IMG/VR virus record: IMGVR_UViG_651053023_000003
Coordinates: 1 to 45,038 of that record
DNA: 45,038 nt
Strand: one strand, 5' to 3'
From: a virus
Taxonomy: Duplodnaviria > Heunggongvirae > Uroviricota > Caudoviricetes
A program made the translations under genes and the position numbers. The notes under the pieces were generated by a model, which saw only the letters and a program-made list of their open reading frames with translations, was not told the origin of the DNA and ran no database searches. Positions 17,323 through 26,963 of the stretch are shown in pieces. Every line of letters begins with the position of its first letter. The stretch's first letter is position 1.

Positions 17323-17917
17323 GGTTTGGGTAGATATCGAAGGAATTCCATTTTATCAGGTTAGCAATAAAGGAAATTTCAGGTCTATTACGAGGGAAAT
17401 TACAGTAACATCAACCAGACAGAGGCCATATAAGAAAATAATTAATGGCACTAGCGTAAAACCATTCAAGTGCAAGTCGACAGGATATCTTCAAATAAAG
17501 GTATACGGTAAGAAATACAGCGCCCACAGGATAGTTGCGAAAGCATTCTGTACAGGGTTCTGTGATGGCTTGGTAGTTAATCACAAAAATGGGCAAAGAG
17601 ATGACAATAGGGCTGAAAACCTTGAGTGGGTATCACATTCTGAAAACTCAAAGCACGGATATAAACAAAATGGAAGAATACCTATATCGCTAGGTAAATT
17701 TAGTGGTGATCATCCTGCCAGTAAAGCTGTTATTTCTACTGACATGAAAACTGGGGAGGAGGTTTATTATGAAGCAGCTATGGATGCTGTCAGAGAAGGA
17801 TTTGATAGTTCGTCAATTAGTCGTTGCTGTAATGGCGAAAGCTCATATCACAAAGGAAGATTCTGGCGATTTGCAAATGAAACAATGAAAGCGCGATGGG
17901 GAGATCGGGCCGCATGA
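17315..17917 (+). CDS. HNH homing endonuclease (NUMOD4 + HNH_3-type)
   Basis: 200 aa; NUMOD4-like WVDIEGIPFYQVSNKGNFRS and HNH motif HRIVAKAF...NHKNGQRDDNRAENLEW; own GAGGAA Shine-Dalgarno; C-terminal tail KARWGDRAA. Confidence 0.8.
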   Translation: MIEVWVDIEGIPFYQVSNKGNFRSITREITVTSTRQRPYKKIINGTSVKPFKCKSTGYLQIKVYGKKYSAHRIVAKAFCTGFCDGLVVNHKNGQRDDNRAENLEWVSHSENSKHGYKQNGRIPISLGKFSGDHPASKAVISTDMKTGEEVYYEAAMDAVREGFDSSSISRCCNGESSYHKGRFWRFANETMKARWGDRAA

Positions 17918-18441
17918 CTATCAAATCAAATACGCCAGCACACGACAAGGACTGCTGGCAAACGCCGCTTTGGCTTTTTGATGCACTGGATATTGAGTTT
18001 GGATTCTGGCTGGATTCGGCAGCGAGCGACAAAAATGCTTTATGCGCTCACTGGCTAACTGAGGCCGACGACGCGCTCAATTCTGAGTGGGTAAGCCACG
18101 GTGCAATCTGGAATAACCCACCGTACAGCAATATCAGGCCGTGGGTGGAAAAAGCCGCTGAGCAGTGCATACAACAGCGACAGACGGTAGTTATGCTTGT
18201 GCCAGAGGATATGTCAGTCGGATGGTTCAGCAAGGCTCTGGAGAGTGTCGACGAAGTTCGCATTATCACTGATGGACGGATTAATTTTATCGAACCATCG
18301 ACAGGGCTGGAGAAGAAGGGAAACAGCAAAGGCTCCATGCTGCTGATTTGGCGACCGTTCATCAGTCCTCGACGGATGTTTACTACCGTATCCAAAGCGG
18401 CATTGATGGCAATCGGGCAGGGCGTCAGGAGGGCGGCATGA
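17914..18441 (+). CDS. Phage DNA N6-adenine methyltransferase (Dam-type, NPPY motif)
   Basis: NPPY motif ([10 protein letters not shown]); ATG at 17914 overlaps the upstream stop (ATGA); alternative upstream ATG at 17896. Confidence 0.75.
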   Translation: MTIKSNTPAHDKDCWQTPLWLFDALDIEFGFWLDSAASDKNALCAHWLTEADDALNSEWVSHGAIWNNPPYSNIRPWVEKAAEQCIQQRQTVVMLVPEDMSVGWFSKALESVDEVRIITDGRINFIEPSTGLEKKGNSKGSMLLIWRPFISPRRMFTTVSKAALMAIGQGVRRAA

Positions 18442-18614
18442 GGCGACAGCGACGAAGTTTCACCGACATCATCTGCGAAAACTGCAAATACCTTCCAACG
18501 AAACGCTCCAGAAATAAACGCAAGCCAATCCCGAAAGAATCTGACGTAAAAACCTTCAACTACACGGCTCACCTGTGGGATATCCGGTGGCTAAGACATC
18601 GTGCGAGGAAATGA
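18438..18614 (+). CDS. ninE: NinE
   Basis: [58 protein letters not shown] matches lambda NinE from memory; ATGA overlap with the methyltransferase gene. Confidence 0.85.
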   Translation: MRRQRRSFTDIICENCKYLPTKRSRNKRKPIPKESDVKTFNYTAHLWDIRWLRHRARK

Positions 18615-18982
18615 CAATGGATTATTCACAGTTAAGTGATTTTGAAATTAACGTGGCGGTATTCGAAGCCATTCATAACGGATCACCGGATTACAAAGAA
18701 GGTGAGAATGGCGATATGGTGTTTGTCTCATTTGAGGGAGACATTGTAAACGGAGACGCAGTTGAAGTAGAAGTTGAGCGCGGATCCTTTAACCCATGCG
18801 CAAACCCAGCAGACTCATGGCCGATTATTGAAAAATACAGGATTAGCATTATCAATCTCGATGAAGACGAGTGGGGTGCACGCGGTGTGGCCTACTGTAA
18901 ATCTAAGCGAGCTATACATGAAAATCCCCTCCGCGCCGCCATGATTGTCTTTCTCATGATGCAGGACGCCAATAATGCTTAG
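18611..18982 (+). CDS. Hypothetical nin-region protein
   Basis: 123-aa ORF from the ATG overlapping the ninE stop (ATGA), GAGGAA Shine-Dalgarno; acidic protein. Confidence 0.5.
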   Translation: MTMDYSQLSDFEINVAVFEAIHNGSPDYKEGENGDMVFVSFEGDIVNGDAVEVEVERGSFNPCANPADSWPIIEKYRISIINLDEDEWGARGVAYCKSKRAIHENPLRAAMIVFLMMQDANNA

Positions 18983-19151
18983 CCCATCCCAATCCATTCA
19001 ATACCAGAAAGAAAGCGTCGAGCGGGCTTTAACGTGCGCTAACTGCGGTCAGAAGCTGCATGTGCTGGAAGTTCACGTGTGCTCCGATTGCTGCGCAGAA
19101 CTGATGAGCGATCCGAATAGCTCAATGTACGAGGAAGAAGACGATGGCTAA
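18975..19151 (+). CDS. ninF: NinF (below the ORF-track length cutoff)
   Basis: 58-aa ORF read directly from sequence: [58 protein letters not shown], matching lambda NinF from memory. Confidence 0.8.
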   Translation: MLSPSQSIQYQKESVERALTCANCGQKLHVLEVHVCSDCCAELMSDPNSSMYEEEDDG

Positions 19152-19710
19152 ACCAGCGCGAAGACGATGTAACCGTAAAAGAGAAGATTTAACTGTTAAA
19201 AGGATATTTGAGTTACTAAGTTTCGATAAATCTACCGGTGTATTTAGATGGAAAGTTCCCACTCAGGGAAGGATAGCATTAAATAGTGTTGCTGGAACTT
19301 TTGATTCCAACGGTTATTCAATGATCATGATTGATGGGCGTAGATATAAAACTCACGTCTTAGTTTTTTACATAACTCATAATCGTTGGCCTGCTGGTCA
19401 AATTGACCACGTTAATGGAATTAGGACCGACAATAGGCCAGAAAATTTAAGAGAATGCCTGCCAATAGAAAATTCAAGAAATATAAGGATCCGAAAGAAT
19501 AGCAAATCAGGTTGCAGAGGAGTTACTTGGCACAAACGACAGAAAAAATGGAATGTTAGGCTAGGTTTCCATGGCAAGAGTAAACACTTCGGATGCTTTG
19601 ATGATCTGGAGTTAGCGGTACTAGTTGCTGAAGAAGCCCGAGATAAGTATTACGGTGATTTTTCCGGCAACGAAAGGAGCACTTATGCGAATCTATCGAA
19701 GGAAATGTAA
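19144..19710 (+). CDS. HNH homing endonuclease (HNH_3 + AP2-type DNA-binding domain) carrying a NinG-like N-terminus
   Basis: 188 aa; starts MAKPARRRC (canonical NinG start from memory) then HNH motif [15 protein letters not shown] and AP2-like [29 protein letters not shown]. Confidence 0.75.
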   Translation: MAKPARRRCNRKREDLTVKRIFELLSFDKSTGVFRWKVPTQGRIALNSVAGTFDSNGYSMIMIDGRRYKTHVLVFYITHNRWPAGQIDHVNGIRTDNRPENLRECLPIENSRNIRIRKNSKSGCRGVTWHKRQKKWNVRLGFHGKSKHFGCFDDLELAVLVAEEARDKYYGDFSGNERSTYANLSKEM

Positions 19711-20287
19711 ATGTTGCAATGAATGGTTTATACCAAAATATCAAAATCAATATTGGTGTAATGAGATTTGTGGAACAAAGATAGCACTCGAACGACGAAG
19801 CAAAGAACGCGAAAAAGCGGAAAAAGCAGCAGAGAAGAAACTACGACGAGAGGAGCAGAAACAGAAAGATAAACTGAAGATTCGAAAACTCGCCTTAAAG
19901 CCCCGCAGTTACTGGATTAAACAAGCCCAACAAGCCGTAAACGCCTTCATCAGAGAAAGAGACCGCGACTTACCATGTATCTCGTGCGGAACGCTCACGT
20001 CTGCTCAGTGGGATGCCGGACATTACCGGACAACTGCTGCGGCACCTCAACTCCGATTTGATGAACGCAATATTCACAAGCAATGCGTGGTGTGCAACCA
20101 GCACAAAAGCGGAAATCTCGTTCCGTATCGCGTCGAACTGATTAATCGCATCGGGCAGGAAGCAGTAGACGAAATCGAATCAAACCATAACCGCCATCGC
20201 TGGACTGTCGAAGAGTGCAGGGCCATCAAGGCGGAGTATCAACAGAAACTTAAAAAACTGCGAAACAGCAGAAGTGAGGCTGCATGA
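19685..20287 (+). CDS. ninG: NinG (Rap) recombination-promoting nuclease
   Basis: 200-aa ORF from the ATG at 19685 (AAAGGAG Shine-Dalgarno); ...[24 protein letters not shown]...RSEAA matches lambda NinG from memory. Confidence 0.85.
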   Translation: MRIYRRKCKCCNEWFIPKYQNQYWCNEICGTKIALERRSKEREKAEKAAEKKLRREEQKQKDKLKIRKLALKPRSYWIKQAQQAVNAFIRERDRDLPCISCGTLTSAQWDAGHYRTTAAAPQLRFDERNIHKQCVVCNQHKSGNLVPYRVELINRIGQEAVDEIESNHNRHRWTVEECRAIKAEYQQKLKKLRNSRSEAA

Positions 20288-20949
20288 ATATCTACGAAAG
20301 AATTGATGGCAGCAAATACCGAAATATTTGGGTAGTTGGCGATCTGCACGGATGCTACACGAACCTGATGAAAAAACTGGAGACGATAGGATTCGACACC
20401 AAAAAAGACCTGCTTATCTCGGTGGGCGATTTGGTTGATCGCGGTACAGAGAACGTCGAATGTCTGGAATTAATCACATTCCCCTGGTTCAGAGCTGTAC
20501 GTGGAAACCATGAGCAAATGATGATTGATGGCTTATCAGAGCGTGGAAACGTCAATCACTGGCTGCTTAATGGCGGTGGCTGGTTCTTTAATCTCGATTA
20601 CGACAAAGAAATTCTGGCTAAAGCTCTTGCCCATAAAGCAGAAGAACTTCCGTTAATCATCGAACTGGTGAGCAAAGATAAAAAATATGTTATCTGCCAC
20701 GCCGATTATCCCTTTGACGAATACGAGTTTGGAAAGCCAGTTGATCATCAGCAGGTAATCTGGAACCGCAAACGAATCAGCAACTCACAAGACGGGATCG
20801 TGAAAGAAATTAAAGGCGCGGACACGTTCATCTTTGGTCATACGCCAGCAGTGAAACCACTCAAATTTGCCAACCAGATGTATATCGATACCGGCGCAGT
20901 GTTCTGCGGAAACCTCACATTGATTCAGGTACAGGGAGAAGGCGCATGA
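20284..20949 (+). CDS. ninI: Ser/Thr protein phosphatase (lambda NinI type)
   Basis: 221 aa with metallophosphatase motifs GDLHG, GDLVDRG, GNHE. Confidence 0.85.
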   Translation: MNIYERIDGSKYRNIWVVGDLHGCYTNLMKKLETIGFDTKKDLLISVGDLVDRGTENVECLELITFPWFRAVRGNHEQMMIDGLSERGNVNHWLLNGGGWFFNLDYDKEILAKALAHKAEELPLIIELVSKDKKYVICHADYPFDEYEFGKPVDHQQVIWNRKRISNSQDGIVKEIKGADTFIFGHTPAVKPLKFANQMYIDTGAVFCGNLTLIQVQGEGA

Positions 20950-21569
20950 GACTCGAAAGCGTAGCTAAATTTCATTCGCCAAAAAGCCCGATGATGAGCG
21001 ACTCACCACGGGCTACGGCTTCTGACTCTCTTTCCGGTACTGATGTGATGGCTGCTATGGGGATGGCGCAATCACAAGCCGGATTCGGAATGGCTGCATT
21101 CTGCGGTAAGCATGAACTCAGCCAGAACGACAAACAAAAGGCTATCAACTATCTGATGCAATTTGCACACAAGGTATCGGGGAAATACCGTGGTGTGGCA
21201 AAGCTTGAAGGAAATACTAAGGCAAAGGTACTGCAAGTGCTCGCAACATTCGCTTATGCGGATTATTGCCGTAGTGCCGCGACGCCGGGGGCAAGATGCA
21301 GAGATTGCCACGGTACAGGCCGCGCGGTTGATATAGCAAAAACAGAGCAGTGGGGGAGAGTTGTTGAGAAAGAGTGCGGAAGATGCAAAGGTGTCGGCTA
21401 TTCAAGGATGCCAGCAAGCGCCGCATATCGCGCTGTAACGATGCTAATCCCAAACCTTACTCAACCCACCTGGTCACGCACTGTTAAGCCGCTGTATGAC
21501 GCTCTGGTGGTGCAATGCCACAAGGAAGAGTCAATCGCAGACAATATCTTGAATGCGGTCACACGTTAG
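20946..21569 (+). CDS. Q: Late-gene antiterminator Q
   Basis: 207-aa [33 protein letters not shown]... essentially lambda Q from memory. Confidence 0.93.
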   Translation: MRLESVAKFHSPKSPMMSDSPRATASDSLSGTDVMAAMGMAQSQAGFGMAAFCGKHELSQNDKQKAINYLMQFAHKVSGKYRGVAKLEGNTKAKVLQVLATFAYADYCRSAATPGARCRDCHGTGRAVDIAKTEQWGRVVEKECGRCKGVGYSRMPASAAYRAVTMLIPNLTQPTWSRTVKPLYDALVVQCHKEESIADNILNAVTR

Positions 21570-21611
21570 CAGCATGATTGCCACGGATGGCAACATATTA
21601 ACGGCATGATA

Positions 21612-21640
21612 TTGACTTTTTGAATAAAGTTGGGTAAATT
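21612..21640 (+). promoter_or_regulatory. Late promoter pR' with qut
   Basis: -35 TTGACT (21612-21617), 17-bp spacer, -10 TAAATT (21635-21640), as in lambda pR'. Confidence 0.8.
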
Positions 21641-21646
21641 TGACCC

Positions 21647-21840
21647 AACGATGGGTTAATTCGCTCGTTGTGGTAGTGAGATAAAAAGAGGCGGCGCTTA
21701 CTACCGATTCCGCCTAGTTGGCCACTTCGACGTATCGTCTGGAACTCCAACCATCGCAGGCTGAGAGGTCTGCAAAATGCAATCCCGAAACAGTTCGCAG
21801 GTAATAGTTAGAGCCTGCATAACGGTTTCGGGATTTTTTA
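21647..21840 (+). ncRNA. 6S late leader RNA (pR' to tR')
   Basis: ~194 nt between the predicted pR' start site and the tR' terminator, matching the lambda 6S RNA length. Confidence 0.6.
21780..21840 (+). terminator. tR' Rho-independent terminator
   Basis: 10-bp stem ATCCCGAAAC/GTTTCGGGAT followed by TTTTTT. Confidence 0.8.
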
Positions 21841-22237
21841 TATCTGTGCAACAGGTAAGAGCATTCTCCCTTATGGGGCTTGGCTTAAATGCACCGAGTG
21901 CTCTTATCGTTGTGCTGAATTAAGCGAATGCCGGAAGCAGAACCGGATCACCAAATGCGTACAGGCGTCATCGCCGCCCAGCAACAGCACAACCTAAACT
22001 GAGCCGTAGCCACTGGCTATCCTGAATTCATCAGTGATAGTTACGCTGCGGCCTTCTACACATGACCTTCGTGAAAGCGGGTGGCAGGAGGTTGCGCTAA
22101 CAACCTCATGCCGTTTTGCCCGTGCATATCGGTCACGAACAAATCTGATTACTAAACACAGTAGCCTGGATTTGTTCTATCAGTAACCGACCTTATTCCT
22201 AATTAAATAGAGCAAATCCCCTTATTGGGGGTAAGAC

Positions 22238-22561
22238 ATGAAGATGCCAGAAAAACATGACCTGTTAGCCGCCATTCTCGCGGCAAAGGAACAAGGCATC
22301 GGGGCAATCCTTGCGTTTGCAATGGCGTACCTTCGCGGCAGATATAATGGCGGTGCGTTTACAAAAACAGTAATCGACGCAACGATGTGCGCCATTATCG
22401 CCTGGTTCATTCGTGACCTTCTCGACTTCGCCGGACTAAGTAGCAATCTCGCTTATATAACGAGCGTGTTCATCGGCTACATCGGTACTGACTCGATTGG
22501 TTCGCTTATCAAACGCTTCGCTGCTAAAAAAGCCGGAGTAGAAGATGGTGGAAATCAATAA
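22238..22561 (+). CDS. S: Holin S (dual-start S107/S105 type)
   Basis: 107-aa [32 protein letters not shown]... essentially lambda S; Met1-Lys2-Met3 dual start; CCCC-TTATT-GGGG hairpin just upstream. Confidence 0.93.
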   Translation: MKMPEKHDLLAAILAAKEQGIGAILAFAMAYLRGRYNGGAFTKTVIDATMCAIIAWFIRDLLDFAGLSSNLAYITSVFIGYIGTDSIGSLIKRFAAKKAGVEDGGNQ

Positions 22562-23021
22562 TCAACGTAAGGCGTTCCTCGATATGCTGGCGTGGTCAGA
22601 GGGGACTGATAGCGGACGTCAGAAAACCAGAAATCATGGTTATGACGTCATTGTAGGCGGAGAGCTATTCACTGATTACTCAGATCACCCTCGCAAACTT
22701 GTCACGCTAAACCCCAAACTCAAATCAACAGCTGCAGGCCGTTACCAGCTTCTTTCCCGTTGGTGGGATGCCTATCGTAAGCAGCTTGGCCTGAAAGATT
22801 TCTCTCCGAAAAGCCAGGACGCTGTGGCACTGCAACAGATTAAAGAGCGTGGCGCTTTACCGATGATTGATCGCGGTGATATCCGTCAGGCTATCGACCG
22901 TTGCAGCAATATCTGGGCTTCACTGCCGGGCGCTGGTTATGGTCAGTTCGAGCATAAGGCTGACAACCTGATTGCAAAATTCAAAGAAGCAGGCGGAACG
23001 GTCAGAGAGATTGAGGTATGA
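22545..23021 (+). CDS. R: Endolysin R (lytic transglycosylase)
   Basis: 158-aa [22 protein letters not shown]... matches lambda R. Confidence 0.93.
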   Translation: MVEINNQRKAFLDMLAWSEGTDSGRQKTRNHGYDVIVGGELFTDYSDHPRKLVTLNPKLKSTAAGRYQLLSRWWDAYRKQLGLKDFSPKSQDAVALQQIKERGALPMIDRGDIRQAIDRCSNIWASLPGAGYGQFEHKADNLIAKFKEAGGTVREIEV

Positions 23022-23455
23022 GCAGAGTAACCGCGATTATCTCCGCTCTGGTTATCTGCATCATCGTCTGCCTGTCATGGGCTGTTAATCATTACCGTGA
23101 TAACGCCATGACCTACAAAGAGCAGCGCGATAAAGCCACATCCATCATCGCTGACATGCAGAAGCGTCAACGTGATGTAGCAGAACTTGACGCCAGATAC
23201 ACAAAGGAGCTTGCTGATGCTAACGCGACTATCGAAAATCTCCGTGCTGATGTTTCTGCTGGTCGTAAGCGCCTGCAAGTCGCCGCCATCTGTGCAAAGT
23301 CAACGACCGGAGCCAGCAGCATGGGCGATGGAGAAAGCCCAAGACTTACAGCAGATGCTGAACTCAATTATTACCGTCTCCGAAGTGGAATCGACAGGAT
23401 AACCGCGCAGGTTAACTACCTGCAGGAGTACATCAGGACGCAATGCCTTCGATGA
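23018..23455 (+). CDS. Rz: Spanin inner-membrane subunit Rz
   Basis: 145 aa; N-terminal transmembrane segment [18 protein letters not shown] followed by coiled coil; diverges from lambda Rz after ~30 aa. Confidence 0.85.
   Translation: MSRVTAIISALVICIIVCLSWAVNHYRDNAMTYKEQRDKATSIIADMQKRQRDVAELDARYTKELADANATIENLRADVSAGRKRLQVAAICAKSTTGASSMGDGESPRLTADAELNYYRLRSGIDRITAQVNYLQEYIRTQCLR
23217..23402 (+). CDS. Rz1: Spanin outer-membrane lipoprotein Rz1 (embedded in the +1 frame of Rz)
   Basis: Embedded ORF with lipoprotein signal and lipobox ...LVVSAC, proline-rich mature part; exact start uncertain (23217 or 23250). Confidence 0.65.
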   Translation: MLTRLSKISVLMFLLVVSACKSPPSVQSQRPEPAAWAMEKAQDLQQMLNSIITVSEVESTG

Positions 23456-23799
23456 TAGCGATAATTTTACTCATCATCCTTCACATCTGGCTCTGTAGAC
23501 AGGGTGATGATCACTTCTGGAGTGAATCCAGATTAAACATCTCATTGCTGATGCTTGATATTGAGCATCTGGCGCGCGGTAAGGGGCTGCGTTGAGATAA
23601 GAGCCAGTCATCAAAAACACCAGGATTTAGCCTCGCATTCGCGGGGCTTTTTTACATCTGCAGTAAACAGCGCATCGCAGCGCGTAACAATCCCGAGTCT
23701 TTCAGAAAGCTGAGCCTGAGAACTGCCGTATATGGTGGCGACCATCTCGGGGCGGCTTTTCTGTGCGAACAGGCTCATCTTTCTAAAAGGTAAGACGCT

Positions 23800-24321
23800 A
23801 TGAATATCGTTCCACTGAATTACAAAGGCGAACCTATCCGCTTCAATACGGATGGCTGGATTAATGCCACTGATATTGCAAAACGTTTCGGGAAGCGTCT
23901 GGATCACTGGTTGTCCAACGCTGAAACTCTCGAATACGTTAGAGCTCTGGATGAGGTTTATTCAGGTGAACCATCGAAAATTCTACATACCCGTGATTCC
24001 GGGTATGTAAAAACAAGCAAGGCACGAAAGGACAGGGGAGGCGGAACATGGCTGCACCCAAAGTTATCAGTTGCCTTTGCAAGATGGTGCGATCCGAAAT
24101 TCTCCGTATGGTGCGACCTGCACATTGATAGTCTGCTTCGCGGTGAACTGACTGAGCAGCAGAAATATGAGCAAGCATGTCGCATTCGCGATGACCGGAA
24201 ATCAAAAGCCAGCAATGGGGCAAGAGAGATGGCTCGCTGGCGATGGGATAAGCCGGTTATTGAAGCAAATGTCGAGTACTGGCGCGAGCAACTGCAGCTG
24301 ACTCTCGATATCGCGTGCTGA
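23800..24321 (+). CDS. KilA-N domain protein
   Basis: 173 aa; KilA-N-like motifs ...DGWINATDIAKRFGKRLDHWL... and GGGTWLHPKLSVAFARWCDPKF. Confidence 0.65.
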   Translation: MNIVPLNYKGEPIRFNTDGWINATDIAKRFGKRLDHWLSNAETLEYVRALDEVYSGEPSKILHTRDSGYVKTSKARKDRGGGTWLHPKLSVAFARWCDPKFSVWCDLHIDSLLRGELTEQQKYEQACRIRDDRKSKASNGAREMARWRWDKPVIEANVEYWREQLQLTLDIAC

Positions 24322-24678
24322 TGGCAAACGCAAAACTGCGTTATCGGAAAAATCAAAGCATTACGAGAACTGAGCAACAGCTATCCATTACAAAGCCCAT
24401 CTACGGGTGGGCTTGATAATGAAACCGGAATTTATTCTGGGAAACCAGTTACGGCAGTACAGCGAAACAACCCAAGCCAGTAAGTGGGGAAATAACACTG
24501 GCAGCCACTGAAAGATGAACCTCCTGCCTTATGGCAAAAAAGATTCTTTGTGGTGGCGGACTGATGGAAAGACATCGGTTATTGCAGAGACCATTCAATG
24601 AGTGGTCTCGACAATGGCTTATACCCTACACGGGATAACTTAACTGATATCCCTTTTAACGGATAAACGGAGCCAACA

Positions 24679-24921
24679 ATGGCAGAGATTATTCCCATGA
24701 CTGAAGAACAGAAATTCCAGCTAGAGATTTACAAACTGGTCATGAACCAGAACGCAGCCGCAGAAGAAGCATTTCAGTTCATTGGCACTGACGAGCTGAA
24801 GCTTGAGCTATTCAAAATTCACTTCCAGTCAGGCGGCGCTAATTCAGATATCACGACCCGCACAATCGAAGCGGTGCGTAAATCGAAGGAAGCGTTAGAC
24901 CTGTTCACTACCGGAGCATAA
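24679..24921 (+). CDS. Hypothetical protein
   Basis: 80-aa ORF with Shine-Dalgarno (AACGGAG) between the KilA-N gene and the small terminase gene. Confidence 0.4.
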   Translation: MAEIIPMTEEQKFQLEIYKLVMNQNAAAEEAFQFIGTDELKLELFKIHFQSGGANSDITTRTIEAVRKSKEALDLFTTGA

Positions 24922-25000
24922 ACATGGCAACTCAAGGTTTCGACAACCCATCCAAATTCCGCGATGAATGGGATAAGCAAGCAGAAGGGAAATAATCAAT

Positions 25001-25489
25001 ATGGCAGCACCAAAGGGCAACCGATTTTGGGAGGCCCGCAGTAGTCATGGGCGAAATCCTAAATTCGAATCGCCTGAGGCGCTGTGGGCTGCTTGTTGTG
25101 AATACTTCGAGTGGGCTGATGATAACCCGCTATGGGAGGGTAAGGTATTTTCATATCAGGGAGAAATAATTGAGGCTAATGTCCCTAAGATGCGAGCCAT
25201 GACTATTTCAGGATTGTGTACCTTCCTTGATATCACCAGGCAAACATGGGGAACCTTCCGGTCAATGGAAGGTTTTTCTGACGTCACATCACGAGCGGAA
25301 GACATCATCTACGACCAGAAATTCTCTGGCGCAGCCGCTGACCTTCTCAACGCTAACATCATCGCCCGTGATTTGGGCCTCAAAGAGCAGTCGCAAGTTG
25401 AAGACGTGACACCTGATAAGGGAGATCGCGATAAGCGGCGCTCTCGTATCAAGGAGCTATTCAACCGTGGAACTGGACGCGATTCTTGA
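25001..25489 (+). CDS. Terminase small subunit (P22 gp3-like)
   Basis: 162 aa (same length as P22 gp3), directly upstream of and overlapping the large terminase gene. Confidence 0.7.
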   Translation: MAAPKGNRFWEARSSHGRNPKFESPEALWAACCEYFEWADDNPLWEGKVFSYQGEIIEANVPKMRAMTISGLCTFLDITRQTWGTFRSMEGFSDVTSRAEDIIYDQKFSGAAADLLNANIIARDLGLKEQSQVEDVTPDKGDRDKRRSRIKELFNRGTGRDS

Positions 25490-26963
25490 TAACTTGAGCG
25501 ACGAAGAGCAAATCGAATTGCTCGAGCTACTCGAAGAAGAAGAGAACTACCGTAACACACACCTGCTATATGAATTTACGCCATACAGCAAACAGCGTGA
25601 GTTCATCGACGCCGGGCATGACTATCCAGAGCGATGTTTTATGGCTGGTAACCAGCTTGGTAAGTCATTTACTGGTGCTGCTGAAGTCGCGTTTCACCTT
25701 ACCGGGCGTTACCCGGGCACAAAAGGCTATCCTGCTGATGGTAAATATGGCGGTGAGTGGAAAGGTAAGCGTTTCTATGAGCCTGTTGTCTTCTGGATTG
25801 GCGGCGAGACAAACGAGACTGTAACCAAAACGACTCAACGCATCCTGTGTGGTCGTATCGAAGAGAATGATGAGCCAGGCTACGGTTCCATACCTAAAGA
25901 AGACATCATTAGCTGGAAGAAGTCTCCTTTCTTTCCGAACCTTGTTGATCATCTTCTGGTTAAGCATCACACGGCTGATGGCGTTGAAGATGGCATTTCA
26001 ATCTGCTACTTCAAACCATACTCGCAAGGCCGCGCTCGCTGGCAGGGTGACACAATCCACGGCGTGTGGTTTGACGAAGAGCCACCATACAGCATTTATG
26101 GCGAAGGTCTTACCCGTACCAACAAATACGGGCAATTCTCAATTCTGACGTTTACCCCGCTGATGGGGATGTCTGACGTTGTTACCAAGTTCCTGAAGAA
26201 TCCCAGCAAGTCGCAGAAAGTGGTCAACATGACCATCTATGACGCTGAGCACTACACAGACGAACAGAAAGAGCAAATCATCGCATCCTATCCCGAGCAT
26301 GAGAGAGAGGCGCGTGCTCGCGGTATTCCTACGATGGGTAGCGGTCGAATCTTCCAGATACCGGAAGAGACGATTAAGTGTCAGCCGTTCGAGTGTCCTG
26401 ATCACTTCTACGTCATCAATGCAATGGACTTCGGATGGGATCACCCACAGGCACATATCCAGCTTTGGTGGGATAAAGACGAGGGCGTGATTTATCTTTC
26501 TCGCGTCTGGAAGGCCAAACAGAAGAAGGCGACAGAGGCATGGAGTGCTGTTAAAGCATGGAGCAAAAACACCCCTACGGCTTGGCCTCATGACGGGCAT
26601 CAGCACGAAAAGGGAGGCGGCGCTCAGCTCAAGGAACAATACGCCGAAGCTGGGTTCGACATGTTGCCAGATCATGCAACATGGCCTGATGGAGGTAATG
26701 CGGTCGAACCCGGGATAGCAGAGATACGCGACATGATGCTCGACGGTCGTTTCAAGGTATTTAACACCTGCGAGCCATTCTTTGAAGAGTTTCGTCTGTA
26801 TCACCGCGATGAGAACGGGAAGATCGTCAAGCTAAATGACGACATCCTTTCTGCTGTTCGCTATGGCTACATGATGAGGCGTTTTGCAATACAGATGCGA
26901 GACATCAAAGATCCTAAAGAGATTGATTACTCAAGCTACAACATACCTTGCGGAGTTGGATGA
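25467..26963 (+). CDS. Terminase large subunit (P22 gp2-like, headful packaging)
   Basis: 498 aa; ATPase and nuclease regions; size and position match P22 gp2. Confidence 0.85.
   Translation: MELDAILDNLSDEEQIELLELLEEEENYRNTHLLYEFTPYSKQREFIDAGHDYPERCFMAGNQLGKSFTGAAEVAFHLTGRYPGTKGYPADGKYGGEWKGKRFYEPVVFWIGGETNETVTKTTQRILCGRIEENDEPGYGSIPKEDIISWKKSPFFPNLVDHLLVKHHTADGVEDGISICYFKPYSQGRARWQGDTIHGVWFDEEPPYSIYGEGLTRTNKYGQFSILTFTPLMGMSDVVTKFLKNPSKSQKVVNMTIYDAEHYTDEQKEQIIASYPEHEREARARGIPTMGSGRIFQIPEETIKCQPFECPDHFYVINAMDFGWDHPQAHIQLWWDKDEGVIYLSRVWKAKQKKATEAWSAVKAWSKNTPTAWPHDGHQHEKGGGAQLKEQYAEAGFDMLPDHATWPDGGNAVEPGIAEIRDMMLDGRFKVFNTCEPFFEEFRLYHRDENGKIVKLNDDILSAVRYGYMMRRFAIQMRDIKDPKEIDYSSYNIPCGVG

Noticed and set aside
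21850-22237. Possible tRNA or moron between tR' and S, where Stx phages carry toxin genes and tRNAs
   Set aside because: No cloverleaf-compatible segment or ORF found; the region looks like the ordinary lambda-type late leader including the hairpin upstream of S.
23611-23907. 98-aa minus-strand ORF after Rz, at the position of lambda bor
   Set aside because: Translation does not resemble the Bor lipoprotein (no signal peptide or lipobox), there is no ribosome-binding site, and it overlaps the start of the KilA-N gene; probably non-coding spacer.
24400-24660. Short ORFs (22 and 35 aa) in the spacer before the 80-aa gene
   Set aside because: No ribosome-binding sites or recognisable features; too short to support from sequence alone.
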